Shown here: positions 49,703 through 60,481 of the stretch, piece after piece
Position numbering within the stretch: the stretch's first letter is position 1
How the letters are laid out: each line of letters starts with the position of its first letter
Assembly: GCA_963667035.1 (NCBI GenBank)
Contig: OY762964.1
Coordinates: 128,001-192,000 of the forward strand
DNA from: Candidatus Cloacimonadales bacterium
Lineage (GTDB): Bacteria; Cloacimonadota; Cloacimonadia; Cloacimonadales; JAFGVF01
Direction: 5' to 3'
DNA: 64,000 nucleotides
The notes under the pieces: model-generated
What the model was told of the DNA's origin: nothing
Databases searched by the model: none
The model's input: only the letters and a program-made list of their open reading frames with translations
Position numbers and translations under genes: made by a program

Positions 49703-52006
49703 ATGAAGAACACGATTCTTTCAGTTTTGTTCATTCTTATAACGGGATTAATACTTGCACAACCTGCATCATTAGACCCAAACTATTATACTAATGAAGA
49801 GATTGTTACAGCTCTTCAAAATTACGAGAGCAACTATCCTGATATTGTTAAAGTAGAAATAATTGGTTATTCTCAACAAATTCATATGCCTATTTATGCA
49901 GTAAAAATATCTGATAATGTTGATGTTGATGAAGATGAACCTGAGATATTACTTTGTGGTGAGATTCATGCCGAAGAGGTTTTAGGTGTTTCCGGTGTTA
50001 TGGCATTGATTGATGAGATTCTCGGACATCAGCAGAATTACGGTCAGATGATAGCTCAGGAGGAACTTTGGATTATTCCTACTCTCAATCCTGAAGGAAT
50101 GGAACTTGTAATGGACGGAAGTGATACTTCCTGGAGAAAGAATCAAAGAGATGTAAACAACAATGGCGTTCTTGATTTGAATCCTGCTGTGGGTTATGAC
50201 CTTGACGGTGTTGACTTAAACAGAAACTTTCCGTTTAACTGGGCACATGGCGATACTTTGTATGCAGAAGGTGGTTATGAAGTTTACGATTACTATAGAG
50301 GAGAGAGTCCTTTATCAGAGTCTGAGACACAAGCACTTGACCAATTTCTAAAAGACCATAATATTTTGTATGCTATTCAATGGCATACTTCAAGATCTGG
50401 AAACTTTTCTGAGAAATGTTACTACTCTTATAACTGGTACGAATATAGACCTTCTCCTGATGTTGATGTTGCTCAATCTATCTGTAACGGGGTTGCTGAC
50501 CAAATTATGAAAGTTGATGGCACAGGTCCTTATGAGAGATATGCTTCTGCCGGTAGAACAGGCTCTCAACATGACTATCTGTATTCTGAATACCAAATCT
50601 ATCAATTACTTATTGAATGTGGTACTCTTAATCATCAGCCTTTTGAACCTACCCTCTCAAACATTACATCCGAATTGGTAGATGGAATGATATGGCTTTT
50701 AAAGAGAGCTCTTATCTTTAATAATGATGTAGCGACAAACTCATGCTTTACAGGTATTATTACCGATGCATCTAATAATGAACCTTTAGAAGATGCCGGA
50801 GTATATATTGTTGAGAGGGAGAAACCATATCTTAAACCAAGAACTACAGATAACTACGGAAGATTCTGGAGAGCTTTGTTAGCCGGTAATTATACATATA
50901 GAATCGAAAAAGAAGGATATAGACCTGTTACCGGAACTGTTGCGGTTAATCCAAACACTTGGACAACCGTGAATGTTGCTATGGAACCGGCAACTCCTAT
51001 CACTATAAGAGCCAACGTAAGTTATGATGGTAATCCATTAAATGCTACAATGCAAGTAATAAGCCCTGTAGAAGAGATGATCACTTCTGAGGGCGGTCAT
51101 ATTGTTTATCATAATTATGAAGGACACTATAAGTTAAGATTCCTTTATGAAGGTTATTATCCATGCGAGGTCGAATTAGATCTTACTGCTGATGAAAATC
51201 TCAACGTAGTATTGGAACCAACTACTGTTTACTTCACAGAAGATTGGGAAAATGGTCTTGATAACTGGATGGCAGGATCGGCATGGGTTCTTATGGATGA
51301 TGTCTCTGCTGCCTATGACGGAACATCAATAACTACCGGTTGGGATGGCGGATACAACTTCTATCCCACTAATCAAGCTATAAAACTTACTACTGTTAAT
51401 CCCATTCAATTACCTGCAGAATCAAACATTACTCTTGAATTCTTACAGAAAGTGTTTACAGAATGGGATTTTGACCCTGTGACTGTAGAGATATCTACTA
51501 ATAATGTTGATTTCACAGTGGTTGATGAACAATCCGGTAAGTTTAACTATTGGCATAACAGATATGTCGATTTATCAGATTATGCAGGTCAATCTGTTTA
51601 CTTGAATTTTACATTAACTGACGTTTCCGAAGACGATAGACTTGTAGATGAAGGTTGGACTCTTGATGATATAAGAATATATAGTGGAAGTAGCAGTTAT
51701 GTTGAGACTGATGAAGAAATACAACCGATTATTACAGTTAGCAAACTTCATCAGAATTATCCTAATCCGTTCAATCCTATTACTACTATAAGTTTTGACC
51801 TTTTACAAAAGGAAGCTAAGAGTGCTTCAATAGAAATATATAATGTGCTTGGTCAGAGAATTGAAAAATTCCCTCTTACCCGAGAGCAAATTAACAACGG
51901 TTCTATGGTTTGGAATGCCAAGAACTCTGCGAGTGGTGTTTATTTCTATAGACTGATTGCCGACGGTAAGACAATTGATGCTAAGAAAGCAATCTTAATG
52001 AAGTAG
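49703..52006 (+). CDS. Secreted M14 zinc carboxypeptidase with accessory beta domains and T9SS-like CTD
   Basis: IHAEE (HxxE), NPEG, WRKN, GVDLNRNF, SESET, WH; QNYPNPFNP CTD. Confidence 0.9.
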   Translation: MKNTILSVLFILITGLILAQPASLDPNYYTNEEIVTALQNYESNYPDIVKVEIIGYSQQIHMPIYAVKISDNVDVDEDEPEILLCGEIHAEEVLGVSGVMALIDEILGHQQNYGQMIAQEELWIIPTLNPEGMELVMDGSDTSWRKNQRDVNNNGVLDLNPAVGYDLDGVDLNRNFPFNWAHGDTLYAEGGYEVYDYYRGESPLSESETQALDQFLKDHNILYAIQWHTSRSGNFSEKCYYSYNWYEYRPSPDVDVAQSICNGVADQIMKVDGTGPYERYASAGRTGSQHDYLYSEYQIYQLLIECGTLNHQPFEPTLSNITSELVDGMIWLLKRALIFNNDVATNSCFTGIITDASNNEPLEDAGVYIVEREKPYLKPRTTDNYGRFWRALLAGNYTYRIEKEGYRPVTGTVAVNPNTWTTVNVAMEPATPITIRANVSYDGNPLNATMQVISPVEEMITSEGGHIVYHNYEGHYKLRFLYEGYYPCEVELDLTADENLNVVLEPTTVYFTEDWENGLDNWMAGSAWVLMDDVSAAYDGTSITTGWDGGYNFYPTNQAIKLTTVNPIQLPAESNITLEFLQKVFTEWDFDPVTVEISTNNVDFTVVDEQSGKFNYWHNRYVDLSDYAGQSVYLNFTLTDVSEDDRLVDEGWTLDDIRIYSGSSSYVETDEEIQPIITVSKLHQNYPNPFNPITTISFDLLQKEAKSASIEIYNVLGQRIEKFPLTREQINNGSMVWNAKNSASGVYFYRLIADGKTIDAKKAILMK

Positions 52007-52023
52007 AACTTGATATAATTTAT

Positions 52024-52054
52024 AAGAGGTCATTAACATCAATGACCTCTTTTT
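52024..52054 (+). terminator. Rho-independent terminator
   Basis: AAGAGGTCATT-AACATC-AATGACCTCTTTTT. Confidence 0.8.
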
Positions 52055-52189
52055 ATATCTAGAACAGTCTTTTTATTTAATCCGACAACTAATAATTGTT
52101 AGATTTAGTGCTTGACAATTAAAAGACTTAATTGTTATAAAAGGAGTATTGCAAACGAAACCCTAACCAATCCATCTTTTGGAGGGAGT

Positions 52190-54067
52190 ATGCCTAATAA
52201 TAGATTTACTCTAAGATTTGATAAGAATCTCGAACGTGACTTTCTGACAGACTATTTTAAACAATCTCTGGTTCAGATAAGGGTTTCACACTTTATCTTG
52301 CTGATACTATACATGTCTTTTAACATCATAGATTATTATGCAGTTCCTACTTATTACAGCTATTTCTCAATTATTCGATATATTATTGTGCTTCCTGTAT
52401 TTCTTAGTATCATAGTCTTATCTTATACTAAGTACTTCCAAAAATACTGGCAGATAGCTCTTTTAGTTTCTTATATAGTTGCAGGAGGTGGAATCATTCT
52501 CATGCTGAGAAAAGTTCCATACAATCATTACTATTTATTGGGGATGATGCTTGTATTTACTGCAGGTTTTGCACTGATTAGATTAAGGTTTATATGTGCT
52601 ACAATAGCAGGATGGTCCCTACTTATTCTATATAATCTATGCATTCACTTTTCAATCAAAATGGCTTTTGTGGATGCAACTATGATTAATTTTTTCTTTG
52701 CAAGTTCAATTCTCATCGGTATGATAACAAACTATTATCAAGAAGCAATAATCAGGCGTAATTATTTTCTCAGAAGAGATATGCAGGATAGGGAAGATGT
52801 GGTTCTAAGTGTAAATGATGCTTTGTCAATGAGGATGGATCAAAAGAAGGTAGAGCTTCAAATAAGAAATGAGGAACTACTAAAAGAAATAGAGCATAGG
52901 AATGAGATTGAGAAAGAGTTAATTATCGCTAAAGAGAATGCAGAAAGTGCGAACAAGCTAAAATCAACTTTCATTGCTAATATGAGTCATGAGATTAGGA
53001 CACCTATCAATGCAATTCTTGGACTTAGTGAGATATTAAGTAATGAAAGCGAAAATGAAGAACATAAGAAGTTTATACTATCAATATCAAAAGCAGGAAA
53101 TGTTTTGTTGGACTTGATTAATGATATTCTTGATTTCTCACACTTAGAGTCCAATGAAATCAAAGTATCCCATTCACCGGTAAATCTTAAAGAGCTCATG
53201 GATGAGATGAATACTATCTTCTGGCAGAAGATAAACTCAAAAGGGCTTACTTTTAATATTACCTATCCGGAAGATATTAAGCCGATGCTACTGGATAAAT
53301 CTCAGATAAGGCAGGTATTGATTAACTTGATTGGCAATGCTATTAAGTTTACAGATTCCGGCTCAATATCTATGAACTTACAATATAAGCTGGTATGTAA
53401 ATCAGCATGTAACATAACATTCTCCATATCAGATACAGGTATTGGAATACCTGACGAAGATTTGGAAAGCATATTCACTCCCTTTGTTCAAAGCAGTAAC
53501 AACAAATATGTATCGGAAATGGGAACCGGACTTGGTCTGGCGATTTCAAAAAGAATTGTTGAAAATAGAGGTGGAACAATATCAGTTGTAAGTAAAATTG
53601 ATGAAGGGACAACTTTCACAATTGAGTTACCGGATGTTCAGTTTGCTCAATCCGAAAAAAAGAGCGGACAGATGCCCGTTGCTGATTTAGATGAATGGGA
53701 TTTTGAAGGGAAAAGAGCTCTTATTGTTGATGACATATTGATAAATAGAAAAGTATTGCGTAAACAACTGGAAAGAATGAATCTACATGTTACTGATGCT
53801 GATTCTGCCTTTAGTGCAATGGAAGTTCTAGAAGGAAATGAATTTGATGTATTCTGTTTTGACTTAAGGATGCCTAAAATGAATGGAGCGGAACTAGCTG
53901 AAAAAGTTAAAGAAAATAGTAGATTTAGTAATATTCCCATAATCTGTATAACAGCCTCAATAAATCCCGAAGAAAACTACTGTCTGGAATACTTTAGTGC
54001 CATTTTGTTTAAGCCTTGTAAACATAACCAAATTGCTAAGACAATCGAGAAAGTATTTGAAAAATAG
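52190..54067 (+). CDS. Membrane-bound hybrid histidine kinase (about 6 TM, HisKA, HATPase, REC)
   Basis: FIANMSHEIRTP, NLIGNAIKFT, GTGLGL, IVDD...DLRMP...KP; RBS GGAGG before the ATG at 52190. Confidence 0.9.
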   Translation: MPNNRFTLRFDKNLERDFLTDYFKQSLVQIRVSHFILLILYMSFNIIDYYAVPTYYSYFSIIRYIIVLPVFLSIIVLSYTKYFQKYWQIALLVSYIVAGGGIILMLRKVPYNHYYLLGMMLVFTAGFALIRLRFICATIAGWSLLILYNLCIHFSIKMAFVDATMINFFFASSILIGMITNYYQEAIIRRNYFLRRDMQDREDVVLSVNDALSMRMDQKKVELQIRNEELLKEIEHRNEIEKELIIAKENAESANKLKSTFIANMSHEIRTPINAILGLSEILSNESENEEHKKFILSISKAGNVLLDLINDILDFSHLESNEIKVSHSPVNLKELMDEMNTIFWQKINSKGLTFNITYPEDIKPMLLDKSQIRQVLINLIGNAIKFTDSGSISMNLQYKLVCKSACNITFSISDTGIGIPDEDLESIFTPFVQSSNNKYVSEMGTGLGLAISKRIVENRGGTISVVSKIDEGTTFTIELPDVQFAQSEKKSGQMPVADLDEWDFEGKRALIVDDILINRKVLRKQLERMNLHVTDADSAFSAMEVLEGNEFDVFCFDLRMPKMNGAELAEKVKENSRFSNIPIICITASINPEENYCLEYFSAILFKPCKHNQIAKTIEKVFEK

Positions 54068-54071
54068 ACTT

Positions 54072-54485
54072 ATGAAATATAAAAAGTATGTTACAGCAAA
54101 CAAAACAAGTACAGATCAAAGGAACTCATTAATAAACTTTATCTTGTATTACTTACTATTTTACTGCATCTTTACTATGATGAGATGGATAGGTCTTCTA
54201 AGCTTTCTACCTGATAATCTGTTCGAAACATCAAAATTCATGAGAGGTGATTTCAGCTTTATAGCTTTGCCGATTGAACTTGGGTATTGCTGGTCATTAT
54301 TTGTGATTATTCAACGGAGAAAAATAGGTTTTTGGATACTCTTACTTTTCACGGTTCTGGATTTAATCGTAAAGGGGCTTATATCAAATCTGTTCCCATT
54401 ATATGTAGCTCTTACTCCTTTGGTAATAGTGTTAATTCTTTTTGTTTTACTACGATTAACCGGAGATTGGAGCTATCTTGAGTAG
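54072..54485 (+). CDS. Hypothetical membrane protein
   Basis: About four hydrophobic segments; directly downstream of the kinase gene. Confidence 0.6.
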   Translation: MKYKKYVTANKTSTDQRNSLINFILYYLLFYCIFTMMRWIGLLSFLPDNLFETSKFMRGDFSFIALPIELGYCWSLFVIIQRRKIGFWILLLFTVLDLIVKGLISNLFPLYVALTPLVIVLILFVLLRLTGDWSYLE

Positions 54486-54490
54486 AGATA

Positions 54491-56155
54491 CTATTTGAGT
54501 AAAACAAGCTTACTCGTTAGTGTCCCGCTCTCTTTAACCAAGCGACAATAATAGACTCCTGAACTTCGAGAATATCTATCTAAATCCAACTCTATACGAT
54601 TCATTCCACTCTTATATTGCTGAGACTCTGTTTTCAATATCCTTCTTCCCTTCAAATCAAACAGCTCGATATAGGCGGATTCGCTTGCTGTCAAAACAAA
54701 GCTTATCGTTGTTGCCGGATTGAATGGGTTTGGGTAGACTATCAGTTTATTGTACAATTCTGTAGGATACTGAATGTTGTCGTCTTCATCAATACTATCG
54801 TCACGTATTGCAACAATCATGTTAGAGAACTTACTATCTCCCCCTATACTAACAGACTCAATCCAATAGAAAAGCGTATCTGAATTTACAAGTTCATCCT
54901 CAAATGTATAATCGGAAGGAGTATTCTTTGCATTAATGGGTATTGTATTTCTCTTGATAGCATAATATAGACTAGCTCTGTTCGCTCTGAATACATTGAA
55001 ATGGCTTGTATCGTATTCAGTTTCAGTATGCCATTTTAGCGTAGCTGAATTATTCCAGTTATTAATTACAGCTGATAAATAGTTAAACTCCACGGCCGAA
55101 TCAGTTAGAATAGCTATTGCTTCAGTGTAACCAATATGCCATTCCATATTATCGGTTGCCGTGCCACCATCAGAGGAGTACCAAAGTCTAAGGTTCATAG
55201 AACCATCAGTGTAGTAAGGTAAAGCTGCAGTACGATATATTAATCTATCCCATCCTGATTCTGCATAATCAAGTAACGGATTGCTGTCATAATTCCAGTT
55301 AAGTCCATCTAAAGATTTTCCGATCCATAGCTGACCACCTCTTGTCTGAGTTGCCCCACCTACAGAAGCAATAACCCAATATTCATTGTTCTCGTAAAGA
55401 ATGTTAAAATGCCAGATTTGAGAAGCATATTGTAGATTCCCAGTATAATCGTCAGTATTAATCCAACTACTTCCGTCATTAATAAGAAAATCAACTTCAG
55501 TCTTGTTGCCCCATGTTCCGGTTGGTATAGAGGCAGTTCTTCTGAAATAGGTTCTCGGCGAGGTCTTCGAATTTACCGTATATAGCTCATATTCACTACC
55601 GTTATAAATAATTGATGGAGAGAGGATTCGCTCACCATTAGTGCTAAGGGTGGAAAATGGATAAATAGGATTTGTCCAATTGATGCCGTCTGTTGAGGAT
55701 ATTACTCCAAATTTTTCTTCATTCCATCCTGCATGATTTCTCCAACATAAGTACATTGTATTTTGGTCAGGAGATAATATTAAGTCAGGATCTGAGTGAT
55801 AAAAATTGTTAGGGTCGTAAATATCATCATATGGCAGAACAACAGGATTAGTCAATCCGGAAGGAACAGACCAGATTATACCATCTTGAGAAACTACTAT
55901 TGAGGGATTTTCATATTGAGGAGCGGAATTCGGGAATGGAGTGAAAACCATCCAGTACTTATATCCATTCCATCCATTGGGGATGTAAACAACGTCAGGA
56001 TGTACTACTTCATCATTTCCGATTACATAAGAAGGTATATTGAGATAGTCGTTAGCTCTTACTGCATTGAAAAATACATTATCGATAGCGGGTAAACTTA
56101 AAATACTAACTTGAGCTAATACAATCAAAACAATAATTCTTAACATATCTAACAA
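54491..56155 (-). CDS. Secreted five-bladed-propeller glycoside-hydrolase-like protein with T9SS-like CTD
   Basis: HPDVVY...WNGYKYWM..TP....ENPSI..S.DG..W, SDPD and S.DG.NW repeats; YPNPFNP CTD. Confidence 0.7.
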   Translation of the reverse strand: MLDMLRIIVLIVLAQVSILSLPAIDNVFFNAVRANDYLNIPSYVIGNDEVVHPDVVYIPNGWNGYKYWMVFTPFPNSAPQYENPSIVVSQDGIIWSVPSGLTNPVVLPYDDIYDPNNFYHSDPDLILSPDQNTMYLCWRNHAGWNEEKFGVISSTDGINWTNPIYPFSTLSTNGERILSPSIIYNGSEYELYTVNSKTSPRTYFRRTASIPTGTWGNKTEVDFLINDGSSWINTDDYTGNLQYASQIWHFNILYENNEYWVIASVGGATQTRGGQLWIGKSLDGLNWNYDSNPLLDYAESGWDRLIYRTAALPYYTDGSMNLRLWYSSDGGTATDNMEWHIGYTEAIAILTDSAVEFNYLSAVINNWNNSATLKWHTETEYDTSHFNVFRANRASLYYAIKRNTIPINAKNTPSDYTFEDELVNSDTLFYWIESVSIGGDSKFSNMIVAIRDDSIDEDDNIQYPTELYNKLIVYPNPFNPATTISFVLTASESAYIELFDLKGRRILKTESQQYKSGMNRIELDLDRYSRSSGVYYCRLVKESGTLTSKLVLLK

Positions 56156-56447
56156 TTCTCCTTCTGCAATTTGACGTTAAATCATTTGTGAGTGACAAGT
56201 AAAATCCAAACGATTTACTCTGAAATACAGGTCAAAAACATAATATATGCAAAATCATGGATTCAAGAAATGTATAATTTATCATTTTTAAAAAACTTCG
56301 CAGAATAGTTGTAATTTTCCTGTATGAATGATGATAATAATGTTGCATTAGAAAATAATTGACTTTAAGTTGTCTTTACTTAATTTTGGTATTAACTGGA
56401 AAAAAATATAGAATAAAGAAAATAGATAGTGTCAAGTGGAGGCTATT

Positions 56448-59447
56448 TTGAAGAAAAACCGTAAATGGTATTTATTACTATTAATCGTGGCAACCCTCTT
56501 TATCTTTGCATGTAGCGATGATGAAGATCCTAAGAATCAAACAATTGAAGTAGAACCGGATGCAGATAATCCGATTGTAAACATTTTTTCACCTGCGAAC
56601 AATGCAATAATATCAGTCACAGATAAAATCAATGTTGATGTTTATGTGGTTGATGCAGGCGAGATTGCTGAAGTTAGTTTATTTGTTAATGGCACCTTGT
56701 TTAACACAATAACTGAGATGCCTTGGACATTCTCATGGAGACAAGTATCCGATGCGTTAAATGTGCCTGATGATATTGCTGATGATCAAGGTACTTATGA
56801 ATTAACAGCTAAAGCTGTTGATGTTACAGGTAACGAATCAATATCTAACCCTGTACATGTTCAGTTAACTCATGACAACGTTCCTCCAACGGAACCAAAT
56901 AACCCTTCACCAGCTGTAGAATCTACAGATGTTCAGGTAGTTATGCCTACTTTAACTTGGGATTCTGTTGATACGGATGAATCCGATGAGTTAACATTTG
57001 AATTACTCTATGGCAACAATCCTGATTTAACTGATGCAATTGAAGTTTCAGGTTTAACGGAAAATGAATATCAGATAACTGGCGAAAATTTACCTTTTGA
57101 AACTGAATTTTTCTGGCAAGTAACAGCAAGAGACGGTAGTTATACTGTAGTAAGTCCCGTATGGAATTTCTTTACAGTACTTCCATTGGAACTGCCTACT
57201 GAACCATATCCTTCTAACGAAGAAGAAGATGTACAAATTTCTAATGTTGAGTTTGAATGGGAATGTAGCAATTATGCTGATGATTCTCCAATTACATATG
57301 ACTTTTATTTTGGAGATGATAATGAGAACTTAGCGTTAGTCGCTGAAGGTCTTGAAACAACAAGCTTTACCTTAGAACAAGACTTAGATTACAATAAAGA
57401 CTATTATTGGAGAGTTAAATCTATAGACCAGCATTATCCTGACGGTATGATGAGTTCTCTATGGATGTTTACAACTAGGCACGTTATTAATAACCCGGTT
57501 AGTCCTATACCTGCTAACAATACAAACACAAATCCTATTACAGATCTACAGTTGGGCTGGACCGTAACACACGAAGAAGGTGCTGAACTCAATTATCAAG
57601 TTATTGTTAGCACTCAAACAAACTTTGAGCTTTCAGAGTTTATAATTGCCAATGTTGATGGTTTAACTTCCAATGAATATGTAATCCCTGAAGAATTGAC
57701 TTATGCTAAGAAATACTATTGGCGTGTTTATGCAAAAGCCGGAGCGGATAGTCTTGAAGGACCTCTTTGGACTTTTAATACCTTCAATCCTATCAGTGCA
57801 TTATCTCCTGAAATTGAAGAAGAAGGTTTACCTATCTTTGATATTCAATTTGATTGGGAAGTTGTAGATATTGATGATGTAACCTACGATTTTTATATTT
57901 CAACTAATGATCAGCTAGATGCTCTTCAACCAAAATTAACAGATCTCACAGAAAGTGAACTTGTTTATCCTATTTCAGGTATTGTTGATGATCCTGAAAC
58001 TGTTGAGAATGAAGAATCTGTCCCTCTTGAGATTGAGACTACTTACTATTGGAGAATAGTAGCAAGACACGGAGAGGCTGGTTCTGCAGACTACTATGTT
58101 ATTAAATCTGACATATGGTCATTTGACACAAAAGCTAATCCAATAAGCGATGTAACCGCTCCATCACCTTCTCATAACTCGGAAGACATACTTGTTGTTA
58201 ATCCTACATTCAGTTGGACTTGTTCACATGAAGATGGTGAACCAATGAATTATGAATTCTGGTTTGGTGCTGATGAGTATAGTTTAACAATGATTGCTGA
58301 TAATATTAATCAGACTACTTATCAATATGACACAACTCTAGAGTTCAATAAAGAATACCGCTGGCAAGTTGTTGCAAAAGATGGTGTTTTTGAAAAGGAA
58401 AGTAGCTTGTGGCGTCTCTATACTATCAACCCGTTTGGTGACCCGTTACCGGGAAATAATGAAGTGGGTGTTCCTTTTGATGAGTATACATTCGATTGGG
58501 AACTTGAAGGCTATAGTGAAGATGGTATGACTTATTCATTGTATATTGCTACTAATGAAGACGATCTTAACGGAGCGGAAGCTTATGCTCTTAATTTGAC
58601 AGATCCTCATTATACTGTTACTAATTTGCAACCCGATACTCAGTATTTCTGGAAAGCTAGGGCTATAAATAGCGATCAGTTATCTGATAGTGATATATGG
58701 ACATTCAAGACAATACCTTCCGAATTGTATAATTGGGTAAATATCAGTGGCGGTACTTATGATGTTGGTACTCCTAATGAAGATAGATACTATGACCAAC
58801 AAACTATTGCTGATTTCCAGATGATGGATACTGAAGTAACAAATCTTGCTTATAAAGCCTTTATCGTTGAAGCTATAAATTCAGGAAATGCTCAGATTCA
58901 AGGTAGCTCAGTTAACGGAACTGATGGAACTGAATATTATAGTCTTAGCAATAGTAATGCTAAAATTAAAGTGTCTGAGAATGGCGAATATCTTCTTATT
59001 GAAGAAGGTTACGAGAACCACCCTGTAAGTTGTGTTACTTGGAATGGTGCTGTTGCATTTGCTGAATATTATGACTACAGCCTTCCTACAGAATGGGAAT
59101 GGGAAATTGCTGCTCGTGGCGGTACTACAGATGAATTCCCTTGGGGTAATGATTTACCTGCTGATAATATGGTAGCCAACTACCGTAACAGTGGAGACGA
59201 ATTTGATGAAGGCACAACACCTGTTGCTTATTTCCCTGCTTACCACAATCTTTATGATATGGCTGGTAACGTTTGGGAATGGACAGCATCCGATAGTGAT
59301 ACTGTTGACGGTTACAAAATCCTTCGCGGTGGTAGCTGGAATTCAACAATCAATTACTTGAAATGCTGGGTTCGTAATTTCGACGGAACTAAAAACTATG
59401 ACCCTGAATATTCCGGTAGTATAATCGGTTTCAGATGTGTTAAATAG
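56448..59447 (+). CDS. Large acidic surface lipoprotein: Ig-like domain, about six FN3-like repeats, C-terminal FGE-sulfatase (SUMF1/CLec) domain
   Basis: Lipobox FIFAC; repeated P.P......W......YD.Y...L.....Y.WRV.A.....S..W.F.T; TEVTN, HPV..V.W, LPTE.EWE.AARG, DMAGNVWEW, RGGSW, IGFRC. Confidence 0.88.
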   Translation: MKKNRKWYLLLLIVATLFIFACSDDEDPKNQTIEVEPDADNPIVNIFSPANNAIISVTDKINVDVYVVDAGEIAEVSLFVNGTLFNTITEMPWTFSWRQVSDALNVPDDIADDQGTYELTAKAVDVTGNESISNPVHVQLTHDNVPPTEPNNPSPAVESTDVQVVMPTLTWDSVDTDESDELTFELLYGNNPDLTDAIEVSGLTENEYQITGENLPFETEFFWQVTARDGSYTVVSPVWNFFTVLPLELPTEPYPSNEEEDVQISNVEFEWECSNYADDSPITYDFYFGDDNENLALVAEGLETTSFTLEQDLDYNKDYYWRVKSIDQHYPDGMMSSLWMFTTRHVINNPVSPIPANNTNTNPITDLQLGWTVTHEEGAELNYQVIVSTQTNFELSEFIIANVDGLTSNEYVIPEELTYAKKYYWRVYAKAGADSLEGPLWTFNTFNPISALSPEIEEEGLPIFDIQFDWEVVDIDDVTYDFYISTNDQLDALQPKLTDLTESELVYPISGIVDDPETVENEESVPLEIETTYYWRIVARHGEAGSADYYVIKSDIWSFDTKANPISDVTAPSPSHNSEDILVVNPTFSWTCSHEDGEPMNYEFWFGADEYSLTMIADNINQTTYQYDTTLEFNKEYRWQVVAKDGVFEKESSLWRLYTINPFGDPLPGNNEVGVPFDEYTFDWELEGYSEDGMTYSLYIATNEDDLNGAEAYALNLTDPHYTVTNLQPDTQYFWKARAINSDQLSDSDIWTFKTIPSELYNWVNISGGTYDVGTPNEDRYYDQQTIADFQMMDTEVTNLAYKAFIVEAINSGNAQIQGSSVNGTDGTEYYSLSNSNAKIKVSENGEYLLIEEGYENHPVSCVTWNGAVAFAEYYDYSLPTEWEWEIAARGGTTDEFPWGNDLPADNMVANYRNSGDEFDEGTTPVAYFPAYHNLYDMAGNVWEWTASDSDTVDGYKILRGGSWNSTINYLKCWVRNFDGTKNYDPEYSGSIIGFRCVK

Positions 59448-59468
59448 TTTCTAATAAATCTATTTATT

Positions 59469-59494
59469 AGGGCTCCTGAAAAGGAGCCCTTTTT
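59469..59494 (+). terminator. Rho-independent terminator
   Basis: AGGGCTCCT-GAAA-AGGAGCCCT-TTTT. Confidence 0.85.
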
Positions 59495-59595
59495 ACATGT
59501 TTTCTACATTTGATTGCCGTTTCATCTTTTTATCTTAATTGGTGATAAAAGAGAATTTGTATCTTGTCTCTTTCTAATTAGTATCCTGTTTATCG

Positions 59596-59628
59596 TAACT
59601 GGAATCTAACTGGAATCTAACGGGGATT
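59596..59628. repeat. 11-bp tandem units TAACTGGAATC x2 plus a degenerate third
   Basis: Units at 59596, 59607 and 59618. Confidence 0.6.
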
Positions 59629-59776
59629 GCTCAAGAGACTCATGGGAATTATGAGAGGGCACTGAAGCACAAATGAAAGGTTATTAATCATAATAATGCC
59701 TAAATACTCATACCTTTTGATTGACTAGTTGCAGCTGTGAGTGCATGATTGAATTTAATAAAATGAGGTGGGTAAT

Positions 59777-60427
59777 ATGGACACAGATAAGATTAAAAAT
59801 CGAGCTAAAGAGCTGTTAAATGCTAAATACGGGATTGTTATGCCATGTGTATTATTTTCAATCCTGTTACCTTTAATTATAACTACAATAAATGAAGAAT
59901 CTGGATTATTGACTTTTATTGCATTAAGCCCTATTCCATTTGGTCTAGCCTCCGTAATGCTAAAAGTTCAAAGAGGTAAAAGAGCAGCCTTTGAAGATTT
60001 GTTCAGTGGTTATTCAAAGTATTTCTTTAACACTCTTCTCTTAAATGCAGTGATATCCCTTCTCTCAATTCTAGGAGCAGTCCTATTGGTCGTTCCCGGC
60101 ATTATTATTGCTTTGCGATACAGTATGAGTTGGTTTATATTAGCTGATAATCCTGAAATGGGGTTCAGAGAAGTAATGAGACGAAGCAGAGAGTTGATGG
60201 ATGGCCGAAAAGAGGAATTGTTCTTTTTTATTCTTAGTTACTTAGGTTGGTTCATTCTGTCGTTACTTACGGGTGGAGTATTGTTTATCCTTTATGTCGG
60301 ACCATATCTTTACCTAGCCCTAGCAGGTTATTATCTGAATATTACCGAAAACAATCGAGGAAGAAGTAAAGAAGAAGAGGAAGAAGATAGTTATAATCCT
60401 CCTAGAATAGGAGGTGTAATTGAATAG
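59777..60427 (+). CDS. DUF975 family membrane protein
   Basis: LL.VPGII.AL.YSM..FILA.NP......S..LM.G.K..LF...LS..GW. Confidence 0.85.
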   Translation: MDTDKIKNRAKELLNAKYGIVMPCVLFSILLPLIITTINEESGLLTFIALSPIPFGLASVMLKVQRGKRAAFEDLFSGYSKYFFNTLLLNAVISLLSILGAVLLVVPGIIIALRYSMSWFILADNPEMGFREVMRRSRELMDGRKEELFFFILSYLGWFILSLLTGGVLFILYVGPYLYLALAGYYLNITENNRGRSKEEEEEDSYNPPRIGGVIE

Positions 60428-60481
60428 AAAGAATTGCTTAAACATTTTTTGTAACTTCAAACTCATAATGCATTTTAAAAT

